A stretch of 32,000 bases of DNA from Halomicrobium mukohataei DSM 12286 (GTDB lineage Archaea; Halobacteriota; Halobacteria; Halobacteriales; Haloarculaceae), in NCBI RefSeq assembly GCF_000023965.1, contig NC_013202.1, positions 1,470,001 to 1,502,000 on the forward strand, in the 5' to 3' direction. Position numbers and translations under genes: made by a program. The notes beneath the pieces are model-generated. The model searched no databases and was not told the origin of the DNA. It saw only the letters and a list, made by a program, of their open reading frames with translations. Below are positions 1 through 7,874 of the stretch, piece by piece (position 1 is the stretch's first letter; each line of letters starts with the position of its first letter).

Positions 1-299
1 GCACAGGTGAGTCCGCCGTCGTCGGACGCGTCCTCGACGACGGTCTCCGTGTCCTCGCCTCGCAGTTCGTCGATGTCGACGGTGACCTCGTCGCCGGTCG
101 TGTCGATGCCGAGCGCGTCGTTGAGCCCGCAGTACTTCGTCGTGGCGTTGAATCCGAAGGCCAGTGCGCCGATCCCGGCGAGCAGACCGCGCAGTCGCTT
201 GCCGTTCCGGAGCGACCGAAGCGCTGCGACACTCAGCACGACCGCCAGTAGCGCGCGTGCGATCCGATCACGGCCGCCAACGTTGTCCGTTGAATCCAT
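1..299 (-). CDS. DUF2892 (YgaP-like) small membrane protein; the C-terminal coding end runs off the window
   Basis: Absent from the ORF track because it has no in-window stop. Reverse complement from the ATG (297-299) reads MDSTDNVGGRDRIARALLAVVLSVAALRSLRNGKRLRGLLAGIGALAFGFNATTKYCGLNDALGIDTTGDEV... with no stops. It has two hydrophobic helices and a T-x-x-C-G-L-x-x-x-L-G-I motif that I recall for DUF2892. GC3 is high. Confidence 0.55.
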   Translation of the reverse strand, partial: MDSTDNVGGRDRIARALLAVVLSVAALRSLRNGKRLRGLLAGIGALAFGFNATTKYCGLNDALGIDTTGDEVTVDIDELRGEDTETVVEDASDDGGLTC

Positions 300-364
300 A
301 CTCGAATAGTTGGGTTCGACGCTCTTGTATCTTCACCTATGGGTCTCGGACGACCGGTAGTGTC

Positions 365-445
365 GTACGGATTATTGTAGCGATGTACCGGTGATCGTCT
401 ACCCCGTGGCGACGATCGCCGGTACGCAACTACAACAAGCCGTAT
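365..445. repeat. Nested palindromic element, subfamily B, diverged copy (B3)
   Basis: GTACGGATTATTGTAGCGATGTACCGGTGATCGTC...GACGATCGCCGGTACGCAACTACAACAAGCCGTAT. The two arms are largely complementary. The termini and the TTGTAG..TACCGG..ATCG core match the copies at 11857-11938 and 14972-15010. It directly abuts element A1. Confidence 0.6.
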
Positions 446-446
446 C

Positions 447-526
447 ATACTGCCGGCTGTAAGTCTGTATAGAATTTCGCGACCGCATTGTCGCGAATAT
501 CTTGAAACAGTTACAGCCGGCAGTAT
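447..526. repeat. Nested palindromic element, subfamily A (A1), 80 nt
   Basis: Outer arms ATACTGCCGGCTGTAA (447-462) and TTACAGCCGGCAGTAT (511-526) are perfectly complementary. Inner arm pair is TTCGCGAC / GTCGCGAA. The last base is the first base of the symporter stop-codon complement. A second copy lies at 9349-9428. Confidence 0.85.
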
Positions 527-2100
527 CAGTCGCCGTCGACACCCGAGACGCTGTACAGGCCGGCGTCCTCGCCGGGGGACGCGCTCGTCACGAGCGAGAC
601 GCCGACGGTCAGGACCAGTCCCAGCGCCATGCAGACGACGCTGGCCGACCAGCCACCGAGGTAGCTGCCGGGCACGAACGGGAGGAAGACGCTGGCGAGG
701 TAGAACAGCTGCGAGCCGCCGACGCCGGCGTACATCCCCCAGCGGGTCGTCCGGGGCCAGTACAGCGCGACGATGACGGGCAGGGCCAGCTGGGCGAAGC
801 CGCCGAACGCGGTGTCGCCGATCTGGACGAGCGTTCCCGGCGCGTAGAGGCTGGCGACGAACGAGACCGTCGCGAAGACGACCACGCCAGCGCGGGCGAG
901 CAGCGTCTCGCGGTCGCGGTCGGAGTGAAGCGTGCGACCGACGGAGACGGCGACTGCGAGCAGGGATCGGCGGACGCGGTTCACCAGCGACGCGCGGTCC
1001 GGCAGCGTCGGCTCCTCCTCGGCGAGGTCGGTCACCGGTCGGTAGAGGTCGCGAGTGAGGTAGGAGGCGCCCGAGAGCAGCATCGAGTCGCTGGAGGACA
1101 TCATGGCGGCCAGCGCCGCGGCGACGACGGCCGCCGTGAACCACCCGGCGGTGTACTCGTTGAGCACCGCCGGGATCACGTTGCCGTTCTCCGGAACGGT
1201 GACGCCCAGGCCGGCGGCCCACGCGCCGAGCATGAACGCGGGGACGAACAGCAGGACCACCAGTACGGGCCACAGCGCCAGCGTCCGCTTGAGCACTTTC
1301 TGGGAGCGAGCGACGAAGAAGCGCTGGTTGATCTGGGGGAACATCGTCACGCCGAAGGCGATGGAAATCGCCGTCGAGAGGACGTACTCCGGCGTGTACA
1401 GCCCGCCGCCCAGTGCGAGGAACTCGGGGTTGGTCTCGGCCAGTCGGTCCGTCGCCGCCGCCGGGCCGCCGACCGCCGAGAGGATCCAGGCGACGGCCGC
1501 CCAGATCAGCCCGAGCATGACGATCCCCTGGAGCGTGTCGGTCCAGGCGACCCCGCGCATCCCCGAGACGGCGACGTAGACGATCATAAAGAGCGTGATG
1601 CCGCCGGCACCGACCCAGAACGGGACCGCGCCGTCGGTCAGTCCGACGACCGCCTGGCCGGCACCCTTCTGCTGGAGCATCACGTAGGGAAAGAGCCAGA
1701 AGAGACTGATCGCCGCCACGAGCCCGCGGAGGAGACGCGAGCCGAAGCGATCGCCCAGCATCTCCCCGAGCGTGACGTAGCCGTGGCGCTGGCCGACGAG
1801 CCACTGCTTGTACCCCAGCACGTACCAGAGGACGGCGAAGATGATCCCGTCCATCAGCCCCATCACCAGCAGCCACTCGGGTCCCTGCGCGAAGGTGAGG
1901 TTCGGGCCGCCAAAGAAGGTAAAGGCCGACAGCAGCGTCGCGAACGTCGTGAACAGGAGTACGACCGTGCCGAATGTCCGGCTGGCGAGGTAGTAGTCTT
2001 CCGCCGTGCGATCGGTCAGGCGGTAGGCGACGACGCCGATGGCCGCCGCCAGTACCATGTAGCCGCCGACGATGCCCAGCTGGATCGTCGTGTCAGCCAT
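526..2100 (-). CDS. Sodium:solute symporter (SSS) family transporter
   Basis: 524-aa ORF with about 13 hydrophobic segments. The N-terminus (...YYLASRTFG...FTFFGGPNL...) is typical of the SSS family (PutP/PanF/ActP-like). It is preceded by a small DUF3311-type gene with an 8-nt overlap, the usual pairing for this family. Confidence 0.9.
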   Translation of the reverse strand: MADTTIQLGIVGGYMVLAAAIGVVAYRLTDRTAEDYYLASRTFGTVVLLFTTFATLLSAFTFFGGPNLTFAQGPEWLLVMGLMDGIIFAVLWYVLGYKQWLVGQRHGYVTLGEMLGDRFGSRLLRGLVAAISLFWLFPYVMLQQKGAGQAVVGLTDGAVPFWVGAGGITLFMIVYVAVSGMRGVAWTDTLQGIVMLGLIWAAVAWILSAVGGPAAATDRLAETNPEFLALGGGLYTPEYVLSTAISIAFGVTMFPQINQRFFVARSQKVLKRTLALWPVLVVLLFVPAFMLGAWAAGLGVTVPENGNVIPAVLNEYTAGWFTAAVVAAALAAMMSSSDSMLLSGASYLTRDLYRPVTDLAEEEPTLPDRASLVNRVRRSLLAVAVSVGRTLHSDRDRETLLARAGVVVFATVSFVASLYAPGTLVQIGDTAFGGFAQLALPVIVALYWPRTTRWGMYAGVGGSQLFYLASVFLPFVPGSYLGGWSASVVCMALGLVLTVGVSLVTSASPGEDAGLYSVSGVDGD

Positions 2101-2377
2101 CGCGATTCACCTCCGGCGTCTCGGCCTCGACGCCGACGCCCCAGCCGTAGCGGGTGAACGCGTAGAAGGCGACCGACGCCAGCCCCATCCAGCCGACGTG
2201 CCACCACACCCACAGCGGCAGCCCGGCAGCGACGGTGCTGTCTCGCCAGAGGAACCACGGGACCGCCAGTGCCGCCACTGCGAGCGCCGCGAGTGCCCAC
2301 CCGAGCGCTTCGAAGCGACTGCGCGTCCAGTTCGAACCGTCCCACATCGTTGTGCTGGCTTGCAACTGGACTAACAT
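2093..2377 (-). CDS. DUF3311-like small membrane protein (symporter accessory subunit)
   Basis: 94-aa ORF with two TM helices. Its stop overlaps the symporter ATG. An alternative start at 2347 (MWDGSNW) is possible. Confidence 0.7.
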   Translation of the reverse strand: MLVQLQASTTMWDGSNWTRSRFEALGWALAALAVAALAVPWFLWRDSTVAAGLPLWVWWHVGWMGLASVAFYAFTRYGWGVGVEAETPEVNRDG

Positions 2378-2496
2378 AGAGGTAACGGCTATTCAATTCG
2401 GGAAATTGAAGAGGAATTCTGTTCGACCTGCCGTCGCGGGGGCGTCGGAAACGGCCGGCGACGGTCGGCGGTCGGGACCCGCGAGTTCGGCCCAAC

Positions 2497-2871
2497 GGGT
2501 AGTGTTCAGATAAGCAACTGCGTCAGTGGACTTGTAGACACCGAAAGCCCTCGTGCAGTTGCGGTCCCGGGACCCACGCTGCGCTCCGGTAGGTGCTTGC
2601 GCGGTCCGGGTTCCCGCAAGGGCCGGCCGGTGGAACCGGCCGGCTATAACGTGACGGCTCCGCCGTCACGCAGCACTCGCCCTTTCATCCGCCAGGGTTC
2701 AGACGATCAGATAGCCGATACCTGGCGGATGAAAGGGCGAGGCGCGGTCGGCGGTTCTGCGGCGGCACTATCCGAGCGTAGTGAGGATATCCGCCACAGA
2801 ACCGCCGAGCGGGCCGAGGGCTTTCGGTGCTTCACTTCCGCCACTCTCTATCTCTTATCTGAACACCGCCC
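2497..2871. other. 375-nt compound inverted-repeat element (candidate structured ncRNA or composite MITE)
   Basis: Terminal arms 2497-2514 GGGTAGTGTTCAGATAAG and 2854-2871 CTTATCTGAACACCGCCC pair at 16/18 (the two mismatches are not G-U). Subterminal arms 2539-2553 and 2815-2829 pair at 15/15. Internal hairpins: 21/21-bp stem 2676-2696/2721-2741; 14/15-bp stem 2751-2765/2791-2805; GCCGGCCGG-TGGAA-CCGGCCGGC; GTGACGGC-TCC-GCCGTCAC. Confidence 0.6.
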
Positions 2872-2918
2872 CGCAACGCGGCCGTAGCTATTTGGGTACA
2901 CGTCCGCAACGCCGACGC

Positions 2919-3656
2919 ATGCAGACCGCAATCCAGCTGTACACGCTCCGCGAGATCGACGGATCGATCCTCGACGTGCTCGCCCGCGTCGGTGACGCCG
3001 GCTTCGACGGCGTCGAGTTCGCCTATCGCGTCGACGAAGCGTCCACCGCAGAGATCCGTGAGGCCCTCGAAGACGCCGGTCTCACTGCCGTCGCCGCACA
3101 CGTCGGGATCGAGACCCTCGAAGCGGACCTCGACGGCGTGATCGAGACCGCGGAGGCGCTGGGCTACGAGGACATCGTCGTCCCGTGGCTCGATCCGGAA
3201 CACTTCGAGACGGTCGCGGCCGTCGAGGCGACGGCCGAACGACTCTCGGAGCTGGCCAGGGCGGTCGCGGACCGCGGGCTACAGTTGCATTACCACAACC
3301 ACGACCAGGAGTTCGCCGAGACCGACGAGGGCGTGGCCTTCGATCTGCTCGTCGAACGGTCCAGCGACGACCTCATGTTCGAGGTCGACGCCGGTTGGGC
3401 GCTGTACGGGGGCGCAGATCCCGTCGCTCTCCTCCACGAGTACGCCGACCGCATCTCGCTGGTCCACTTCAAAGACGTTCGCCTCGACAGCGAGGACGCC
3501 CCCCCGCTGGGCGAGGGCGACCTCGACGTCGACGCCGTCGCGACGGCCGCCCGGGAGATCGACGCCGAGTGGGCCGTCTTCGAGAACGACGAGCCCGACG
3601 ACCCCGTGACGGCGCTGGCAAACGGCGCGGACGTGCTCTCCGGTGCAGTCCGGTAG
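2919..3656 (+). CDS. Sugar phosphate isomerase/epimerase (xylose-isomerase-like TIM barrel)
   Basis: From the internal ATG, MQTAIQLYTLREI...GFDGVEF...HNHDQEF...VHFKD... matches the AP_endonuc_2 / xylose isomerase-like TIM pattern. The upstream part of the 2781 ORF lies inside the palindromic element and is not protein-like. Confidence 0.8.
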   Translation: MQTAIQLYTLREIDGSILDVLARVGDAGFDGVEFAYRVDEASTAEIREALEDAGLTAVAAHVGIETLEADLDGVIETAEALGYEDIVVPWLDPEHFETVAAVEATAERLSELARAVADRGLQLHYHNHDQEFAETDEGVAFDLLVERSSDDLMFEVDAGWALYGGADPVALLHEYADRISLVHFKDVRLDSEDAPPLGEGDLDVDAVATAAREIDAEWAVFENDEPDDPVTALANGADVLSGAVR

Positions 3657-3769
3657 ACGAGTCCGACCCACAGCCCGACGGGGACCGGTCGGCAGCTATT
3701 TCAGGCGGCCAATCGAACGTCTTTTCGACACGAATACGGGGTCGATTCCCCGGCAACTGGAATCCAGGA

Positions 3770-5155
3770 ATGCAGGACTCTACGAAATATCTCATCCACG
3801 CAGACTTTACCGCGAACGGCGTCGTCGAGCGCAACGACGTCGTCGGCGCAGTCTTCGGACAGACCGAAGGGCTGCTCGGCGACGAGCTCGACCTCCGGGA
3901 GCTACAGGAGGGGTCGAAAGTCGGGCGCGTCGACGTCGAAGTGACCTCCGAGGGGGGACAGTCCTTTGGCGAGATCACGATCGCGAGCGGACTCGACCGC
4001 GTCGAGACGGCGATCCTCGCGGCGTCGTTGGAGACGATCGAGCGGGTCGGACCGTGCCGTGCGACCGTCACCGTCACGGACCTCGAAGACGTCCGGCACG
4101 CGAAGCGTCGCGAGGTCGTCGAACGAGCCACGGAGCTGCTCGCGGACTTCGAGGCCGAGGCGATCACCTCCCACGACATCGTCGAAGAGGTCCGCCAGCG
4201 CCTCCGCGTCGCGGACATCACCGAGTACGAGGGACTGCCCGCCGGCCCACGCGTCGCCGAGAGCGACGCCATCATCGTCGTCGAGGGGCGAGCCGACGTG
4301 CTCCAGTTGCTCCAGTTCGGGATCAAAAACGCCGTCGCCGTCGAGGGGACGGACGTGCCCGAGGCGATCGCCGACCTGAGCCGCGAGCGGACCGTCACCG
4401 CGTTCCTCGACGGCGACCGCGGCGGCGAGCTGATCCTGAAAGAGCTGGCACAGGTCGGTGCCGTCGATCACGTCGCCTTCGCGCCGGCCGGCACGTGCGT
4501 CGAGGACCTCTCGCGCTCACAGATTCTCGCGGCGCTACGGGACAAGGTCCCCTACGAGGCCGTCGACGAGGGAAGCCCGGCCCCGGTCGCGGCGACGCCG
4601 GACGCGTCCGAGGACGAACCCGACGAGCCCGACGAGCCCGACGAGCCCGACGAGCCCGACGAGCCACGTGCGGTCACCTCCGGCGGCCGAGACGTCGACA
4701 CCGACGTCGGGACCACCGACGCGGCGTCGGCACCGTCCGAGACGGTCGAACCAGTGTCCCCCGAGACCGACAGCGAGAGCGCCGGCCGCCAAGCGTCGCC
4801 GGACGCCGTCGAACGCTCTCCCGGCGAGCCCGACGACGGCCAGGACGCGAGCGACGACGCGTCGCCGTCGACGGTGGCGGCACACGCACAGGCAGTCGTC
4901 GCCGAAGGTACCGGGACCGTCCGGCTGCTCGACGACGAGGCGAGCGTTCTCCGTGACGGTCCCGCGACCGAGGCGTTCGCGCTCGTCGAGGCGGCCGATC
5001 CGGTCCCGGCGGCGGTCGTCCTCGACGACACGCTCTCCCAGCGACTCCTCGACGTGGCTGCCCAGCGGGGCGTCGACGAGATCGTCGCCCGACAGACCGG
5101 CGAGTTCGTCAAACAGCCGACGACGGTCCGCGTGCGGACGATCGAGGACCTGTAG
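3770..5155 (+). CDS. dnaG: DNA primase DnaG (archaeal Toprim type) with an acidic low-complexity insert
   Basis: MQDSTKYLIHADFTANGVVERNDVVGAVFGQTEGLLG... and the Toprim core IIVVEGRADVLQLLQFGIKNAVAVEGT...FLDGDRGGELILKEL are canonical archaeal DnaG. The ATG at 3770 is in frame with ORF 3185..5155, whose upstream part is Arg-rich off-gene translation. Confidence 0.92.
   Translation: MQDSTKYLIHADFTANGVVERNDVVGAVFGQTEGLLGDELDLRELQEGSKVGRVDVEVTSEGGQSFGEITIASGLDRVETAILAASLETIERVGPCRATVTVTDLEDVRHAKRREVVERATELLADFEAEAITSHDIVEEVRQRLRVADITEYEGLPAGPRVAESDAIIVVEGRADVLQLLQFGIKNAVAVEGTDVPEAIADLSRERTVTAFLDGDRGGELILKELAQVGAVDHVAFAPAGTCVEDLSRSQILAALRDKVPYEAVDEGSPAPVAATPDASEDEPDEPDEPDEPDEPDEPRAVTSGGRDVDTDVGTTDAASAPSETVEPVSPETDSESAGRQASPDAVERSPGEPDDGQDASDDASPSTVAAHAQAVVAEGTGTVRLLDDEASVLRDGPATEAFALVEAADPVPAAVVLDDTLSQRLLDVAAQRGVDEIVARQTGEFVKQPTTVRVRTIEDL
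4613..4666 (+). repeat. 9-bp tandem repeat x6 (GACGA[A/G]CC[C/A]) encoding (DEP)6 inside dnaG
   Basis: Direct reading: GACGAACCC, then GACGAGCCC x4, then GACGAGCCA, all in frame. Confidence 0.9.
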
Positions 5156-5566
5156 TTACCGCTCGAACACCAGACCGTCGGCGTCGTCGTAGTGGTCCGG
5201 TATCTCCTCGACGACGGTGAATCCGAACCCGCGGTAGAACGCGTGGACGCGCCCGGCGTCGGCCCGCGCGGTGAGCCGTACCGTGTCGATTCCGTGCTCG
5301 GCCAGTCGGTCCAGCAGTGCCCGCATCAGGCGGCTTCCGTTGCCCTCGCCCTGTCTGTCGGGCGCGATCGCGAACTCCGCGACGTAGGCGACCTCGTCGT
5401 CGGGGACGGCGAGCGCGTAGCCGATGGGTTCGTCGACGGTCAGGACCAGGACCAGCGACGGCTCGCCGAGCGACAGCTCCAGTAGCTCCGGCCACGGGTC
5501 CGACAGCGTCGCGGCCTGAATGCGTCGCAGCCGGGGCCAGTCGCCGGGCTGGCCCTCGCGGATCAT
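5156..5566 (-). CDS. GNAT family N-acetyltransferase (RimI-like)
   Basis: 136 aa starting MIREGQPGDW.... Contains the acetyl-CoA motif AIAPDRQGEGNGSRLM, typical of GNAT. Its ATG overlaps the stop of the upstream gene (ATGA at 5563-5566). Its stop directly abuts the dnaG stop (convergent). Confidence 0.85.
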   Translation of the reverse strand: MIREGQPGDWPRLRRIQAATLSDPWPELLELSLGEPSLVLVLTVDEPIGYALAVPDDEVAYVAEFAIAPDRQGEGNGSRLMRALLDRLAEHGIDTVRLTARADAGRVHAFYRGFGFTVVEEIPDHYDDADGLVFER

Positions 5567-6909
5567 AGCACGAGCTGGAAGGCGAGTCCGCCGGCCACCG
5601 CCGCCGCCAGCGTGGCCAGCAGGTTCACGCTCTGGTTGCCGACCGTCTCGCCCTCGACCGTCGCCCCGAGGAAGCTGTCGACCAGCATGCCGAGGAAGCC
5701 GGCACCGAGGATCACGAGCGCGCCGACGGCTCCGATGTCCGCGAACAGCCCGCCAGCGATGCCGGCGACGATGCCCGAGCCGACCAGCCCGGCGACGGCA
5801 CCCTGCCAGGTCACGCCGCCGTCCGTGCCGGGTTCGACGCGCCGGAGCGTCGTGATCAGCCGCGGATTGTCGTAGAGGCCGCCGAACTCGCTGGAGAAGG
5901 TGTCGCTCATCGCGGCGGCGACCGCGCCCGCGAAGGCGTACAGCAGCAACATCGGATCGATGCCGGTGTGGCTCGGGCTCGCCGCCGCGGCGAGGACGGC
6001 CACGAGCGCGACGATGGAGTTGGCGAGGACGTTGCCGCTGCCCCGAGCGCCCTCGTTTTCCTCGGCGATGCCGCGATCGAGTTTCTCGTCGTAGCGGAAC
6101 TTCGTCGCCAGACCACCGAGACCGAAGAAGGTGATGAGCATGGCGAACCACCGGAAGTCACCGAGGACGATCGTCAGGAGACCGAGGAAGACGCCGGTGA
6201 GCATCCCCGGCAGCGACGCCGTATCGAGCGCGTAGGAGACGTAGCCGAGGACGACCGTCACGCCCAGCGCGAGGGCGATACGCCCCGCCGTCACGTCGTG
6301 CAAGGGGAGATCGGAGAACAGCCACAGCAACAGCCCGATCGAGAACAGCACCAGCGGGTCGTCACGCTCGAACAGGACCGCTCGCAGCAGCGCCGCCAGC
6401 AGAGCGCCGCTGATCGCGTAGAACGCGAGCAGCGCGAGGAACTGACTCGTCAGCGGTCGGCCGGCCAGCATCGCCGAGACGGCGCTCCCGGCGGTCGCCG
6501 CCAGGAACCCCGCCGTCACGAACCCGGCAGTCGCGGCTACCGCGTCGGCGGTCACGCGCTCGACCAGCCGCGTGCCGAGATTCCCGCCGGCCAGCACGAA
6601 CACGCTGGCGACGAACACCCACATCGGGAGCCCGAACTGGAGGGCGAGCAGCGAGAGCCCGGCGATCGAGAGGGCGAAGCCAGCGAGCCCGTACAGGGTG
6701 TGGTCCTCGCGGTCGCCCGGCCGGGCGAACAGCTCGAACAACGGACCGTCGTCGACGACGGTCAGTGCGAGCGCCGCGATCCCCACGAACGGAGCGATCG
6801 CGAGCGCCGTCGCCAGCCACGGCGGTTCGACGCCGTCGACGAGGGGCACGAGGAGCGCCACGGCCCCGACCAGCGCGAACCCGACGGCCCGCCGGACAGC
6901 AGATGTCAC
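5563..6909 (-). CDS. DUF92 (TMEM19 / VTE6-like, COG1836) polytopic membrane protein
   Basis: The C-terminal half (...GNVLANS...AAMSDTFSSEFG...VTWQGAVAGL..DSFLGAT.E) fits the DUF92 signature. A GTG start at 6909 is preferred; the ORF-track ATG at 7053 would overlap the divergent gene at 7046. Confidence 0.7.
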   Translation of the reverse strand: MTSAVRRAVGFALVGAVALLVPLVDGVEPPWLATALAIAPFVGIAALALTVVDDGPLFELFARPGDREDHTLYGLAGFALSIAGLSLLALQFGLPMWVFVASVFVLAGGNLGTRLVERVTADAVAATAGFVTAGFLAATAGSAVSAMLAGRPLTSQFLALLAFYAISGALLAALLRAVLFERDDPLVLFSIGLLLWLFSDLPLHDVTAGRIALALGVTVVLGYVSYALDTASLPGMLTGVFLGLLTIVLGDFRWFAMLITFFGLGGLATKFRYDEKLDRGIAEENEGARGSGNVLANSIVALVAVLAAAASPSHTGIDPMLLLYAFAGAVAAAMSDTFSSEFGGLYDNPRLITTLRRVEPGTDGGVTWQGAVAGLVGSGIVAGIAGGLFADIGAVGALVILGAGFLGMLVDSFLGATVEGETVGNQSVNLLATLAAAVAGGLAFQLVL

Positions 6910-7045
6910 GTCACGCTGGTACCGTAGAGAGGCACTTACCCTTTCCGAACTCGGCGACCGGCCGTCGGAGAGCGGTCGACGGGTGACCCGACACGAGGTC
7001 TCGCCGATCCGAAGAATTACGCCGGCCGACGCGCTACGGCCCAGC

Positions 7046-7654
7046 GTGGCCATCTACGACCGGTATCTCGCGGCTCGCCTACAGCTGAGCGACGCGGCGC
7101 TCCCCGAGACAGTCGCTCTCGTCATCACGGAGCGCGATCTGCTCGTCGACGGTGCCTACGAGACTCTGGAGCGGTTCTTCGACCTGGCCGTGCAGTTCGG
7201 AGCCGACCGGATCGTCGTCTACGTCAGCGTCCTCGACGAGGGGGTCGTCCCGACGATCGAGTCGGAGCTGCGGACCCTGCGCGCCCCTCGCGAGGTCGCA
7301 GTCAGAGGACCCGACGACGACGATCCGGCGGACGCCCCGATCGGCGTCTCGATCGGGTTGGGCGGCAAACACGAGTTCGCCATCGCCGTCCGATCGATCG
7401 CTCAGTCGGTCGCCGACGGCGACCTCGCCCCCGACGAGATCGACGAAAGCGTCGTCGAGGAGCAACTGGTCTTCCCGACCGCGCCGGACCTGGTGGTCAA
7501 GACCGGGGCCGAACGACTCTCGGATTTCATGATCTGGCAGTCCGTCTACTCCGAGCTGTACTTCACGGACGTGAACTGGCAGAACTTCGGCGAGCGTGAC
7601 TACCTGCGCGCGCTCAGGGACTACCAGGACCGACAGCGCCGATTCGGGCGGTAG
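7046..7654 (+). CDS. Undecaprenyl-diphosphate-synthase-family protein lacking catalytic motifs (NgBR/Nus1-like non-catalytic subunit candidate)
   Basis: GTG start gives (M)AIYDRYLAARL.... It has the cis-IPTase fold pattern (..DLVVKTGAERLSDFMIWQSVYSELYFTDVNW..F....LRALRDYQ.RQRRFGR). The position of the DGNRR motif reads ITERD. The protein ends in an R-F-G motif. Confidence 0.7.
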   Translation: MAIYDRYLAARLQLSDAALPETVALVITERDLLVDGAYETLERFFDLAVQFGADRIVVYVSVLDEGVVPTIESELRTLRAPREVAVRGPDDDDPADAPIGVSIGLGGKHEFAIAVRSIAQSVADGDLAPDEIDESVVEEQLVFPTAPDLVVKTGAERLSDFMIWQSVYSELYFTDVNWQNFGERDYLRALRDYQDRQRRFGR

Positions 7655-7874
7655 TCCGAGTGTTGGCAGACGAACGGAGTGAGTCTCGCGGGGTTTTGGC
7701 CGGCCAGACCCGGCCAGAGACTGATCTACACGAGCGTTTGTTCCGATCAGAGAAGGTTGAAGGACGTTTTTGCGCGAGTAGTGCGCGAAGATCCCGCATA
7801 CCATGTGAACGGGCCTACGGCCCGTGAACAGATGGTGCGCCTCCGGCGCACCCGAAGCGGAAAACAGTGGGTGC

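Noticed and set aside
233-2157. Long ORFs 233..1876 (-), 502..2157 (+) and 1103..1579 (+) overlapping the symporter gene.
   Set aside because: Their translations are Arg/Pro/Gly/Asp-rich with no motifs, typical of off-frame or antisense open frames in ~66% GC DNA. The 526..2100 frame has clear transporter features. The same reasoning applies to many other listed ORFs, including 3469..4398, 3643..4956, 5968..6927, 10822..11772, 17155..18381, 21625..22407, 22847..23842, 25474..26529, 26466..28115 and 26498..28594.
2497-2871. Possibility that the 375-nt structured region is the SRP (7S) RNA or RNase P RNA gene.
   Set aside because: On neither strand could I find the SRP helix-8 GGAA...AGCA apex in a sensible position, or the RNase P CR-I GAGGAAAGUCC / P4 pairing. 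The ACAGAAC-like and UGAAAGGG-like strings are each explained as arms of local perfect hairpins. The multi-hairpin closed-loop layout is unlike the elongated SRP fold. An Infernal scan is still needed.
2497-2871. Possibility that the inverted repeats are origin recognition boxes (a replication origin near dnaG).
   Set aside because: There is no AT-rich unwinding element between the repeats, since the interior is very GC-rich. No orc1/cdc6 gene is adjacent, and there is only weak resemblance (CAGTGGA) to ORB cores.
3185-3769. N-terminal 195-codon extension of the dnaG ORF (start at 3185).
   Set aside because: This part overlaps the sugar isomerase gene in another frame and is Arg/Gly-rich nonsense. 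Canonical archaeal DnaG begins at MQDSTKYLIHADF (ATG 3770).
5563-7053. ATG at 7053 as the start of the DUF92 membrane protein (496 aa).
   Set aside because: It would overlap the divergent gene's start (7046) head-to-head and add a non-hydrophobic, Arg/Ser-rich 48-aa leader. The GTG at 6909, just before the first TM helix, leaves a normal divergent promoter region. It remains uncertain.
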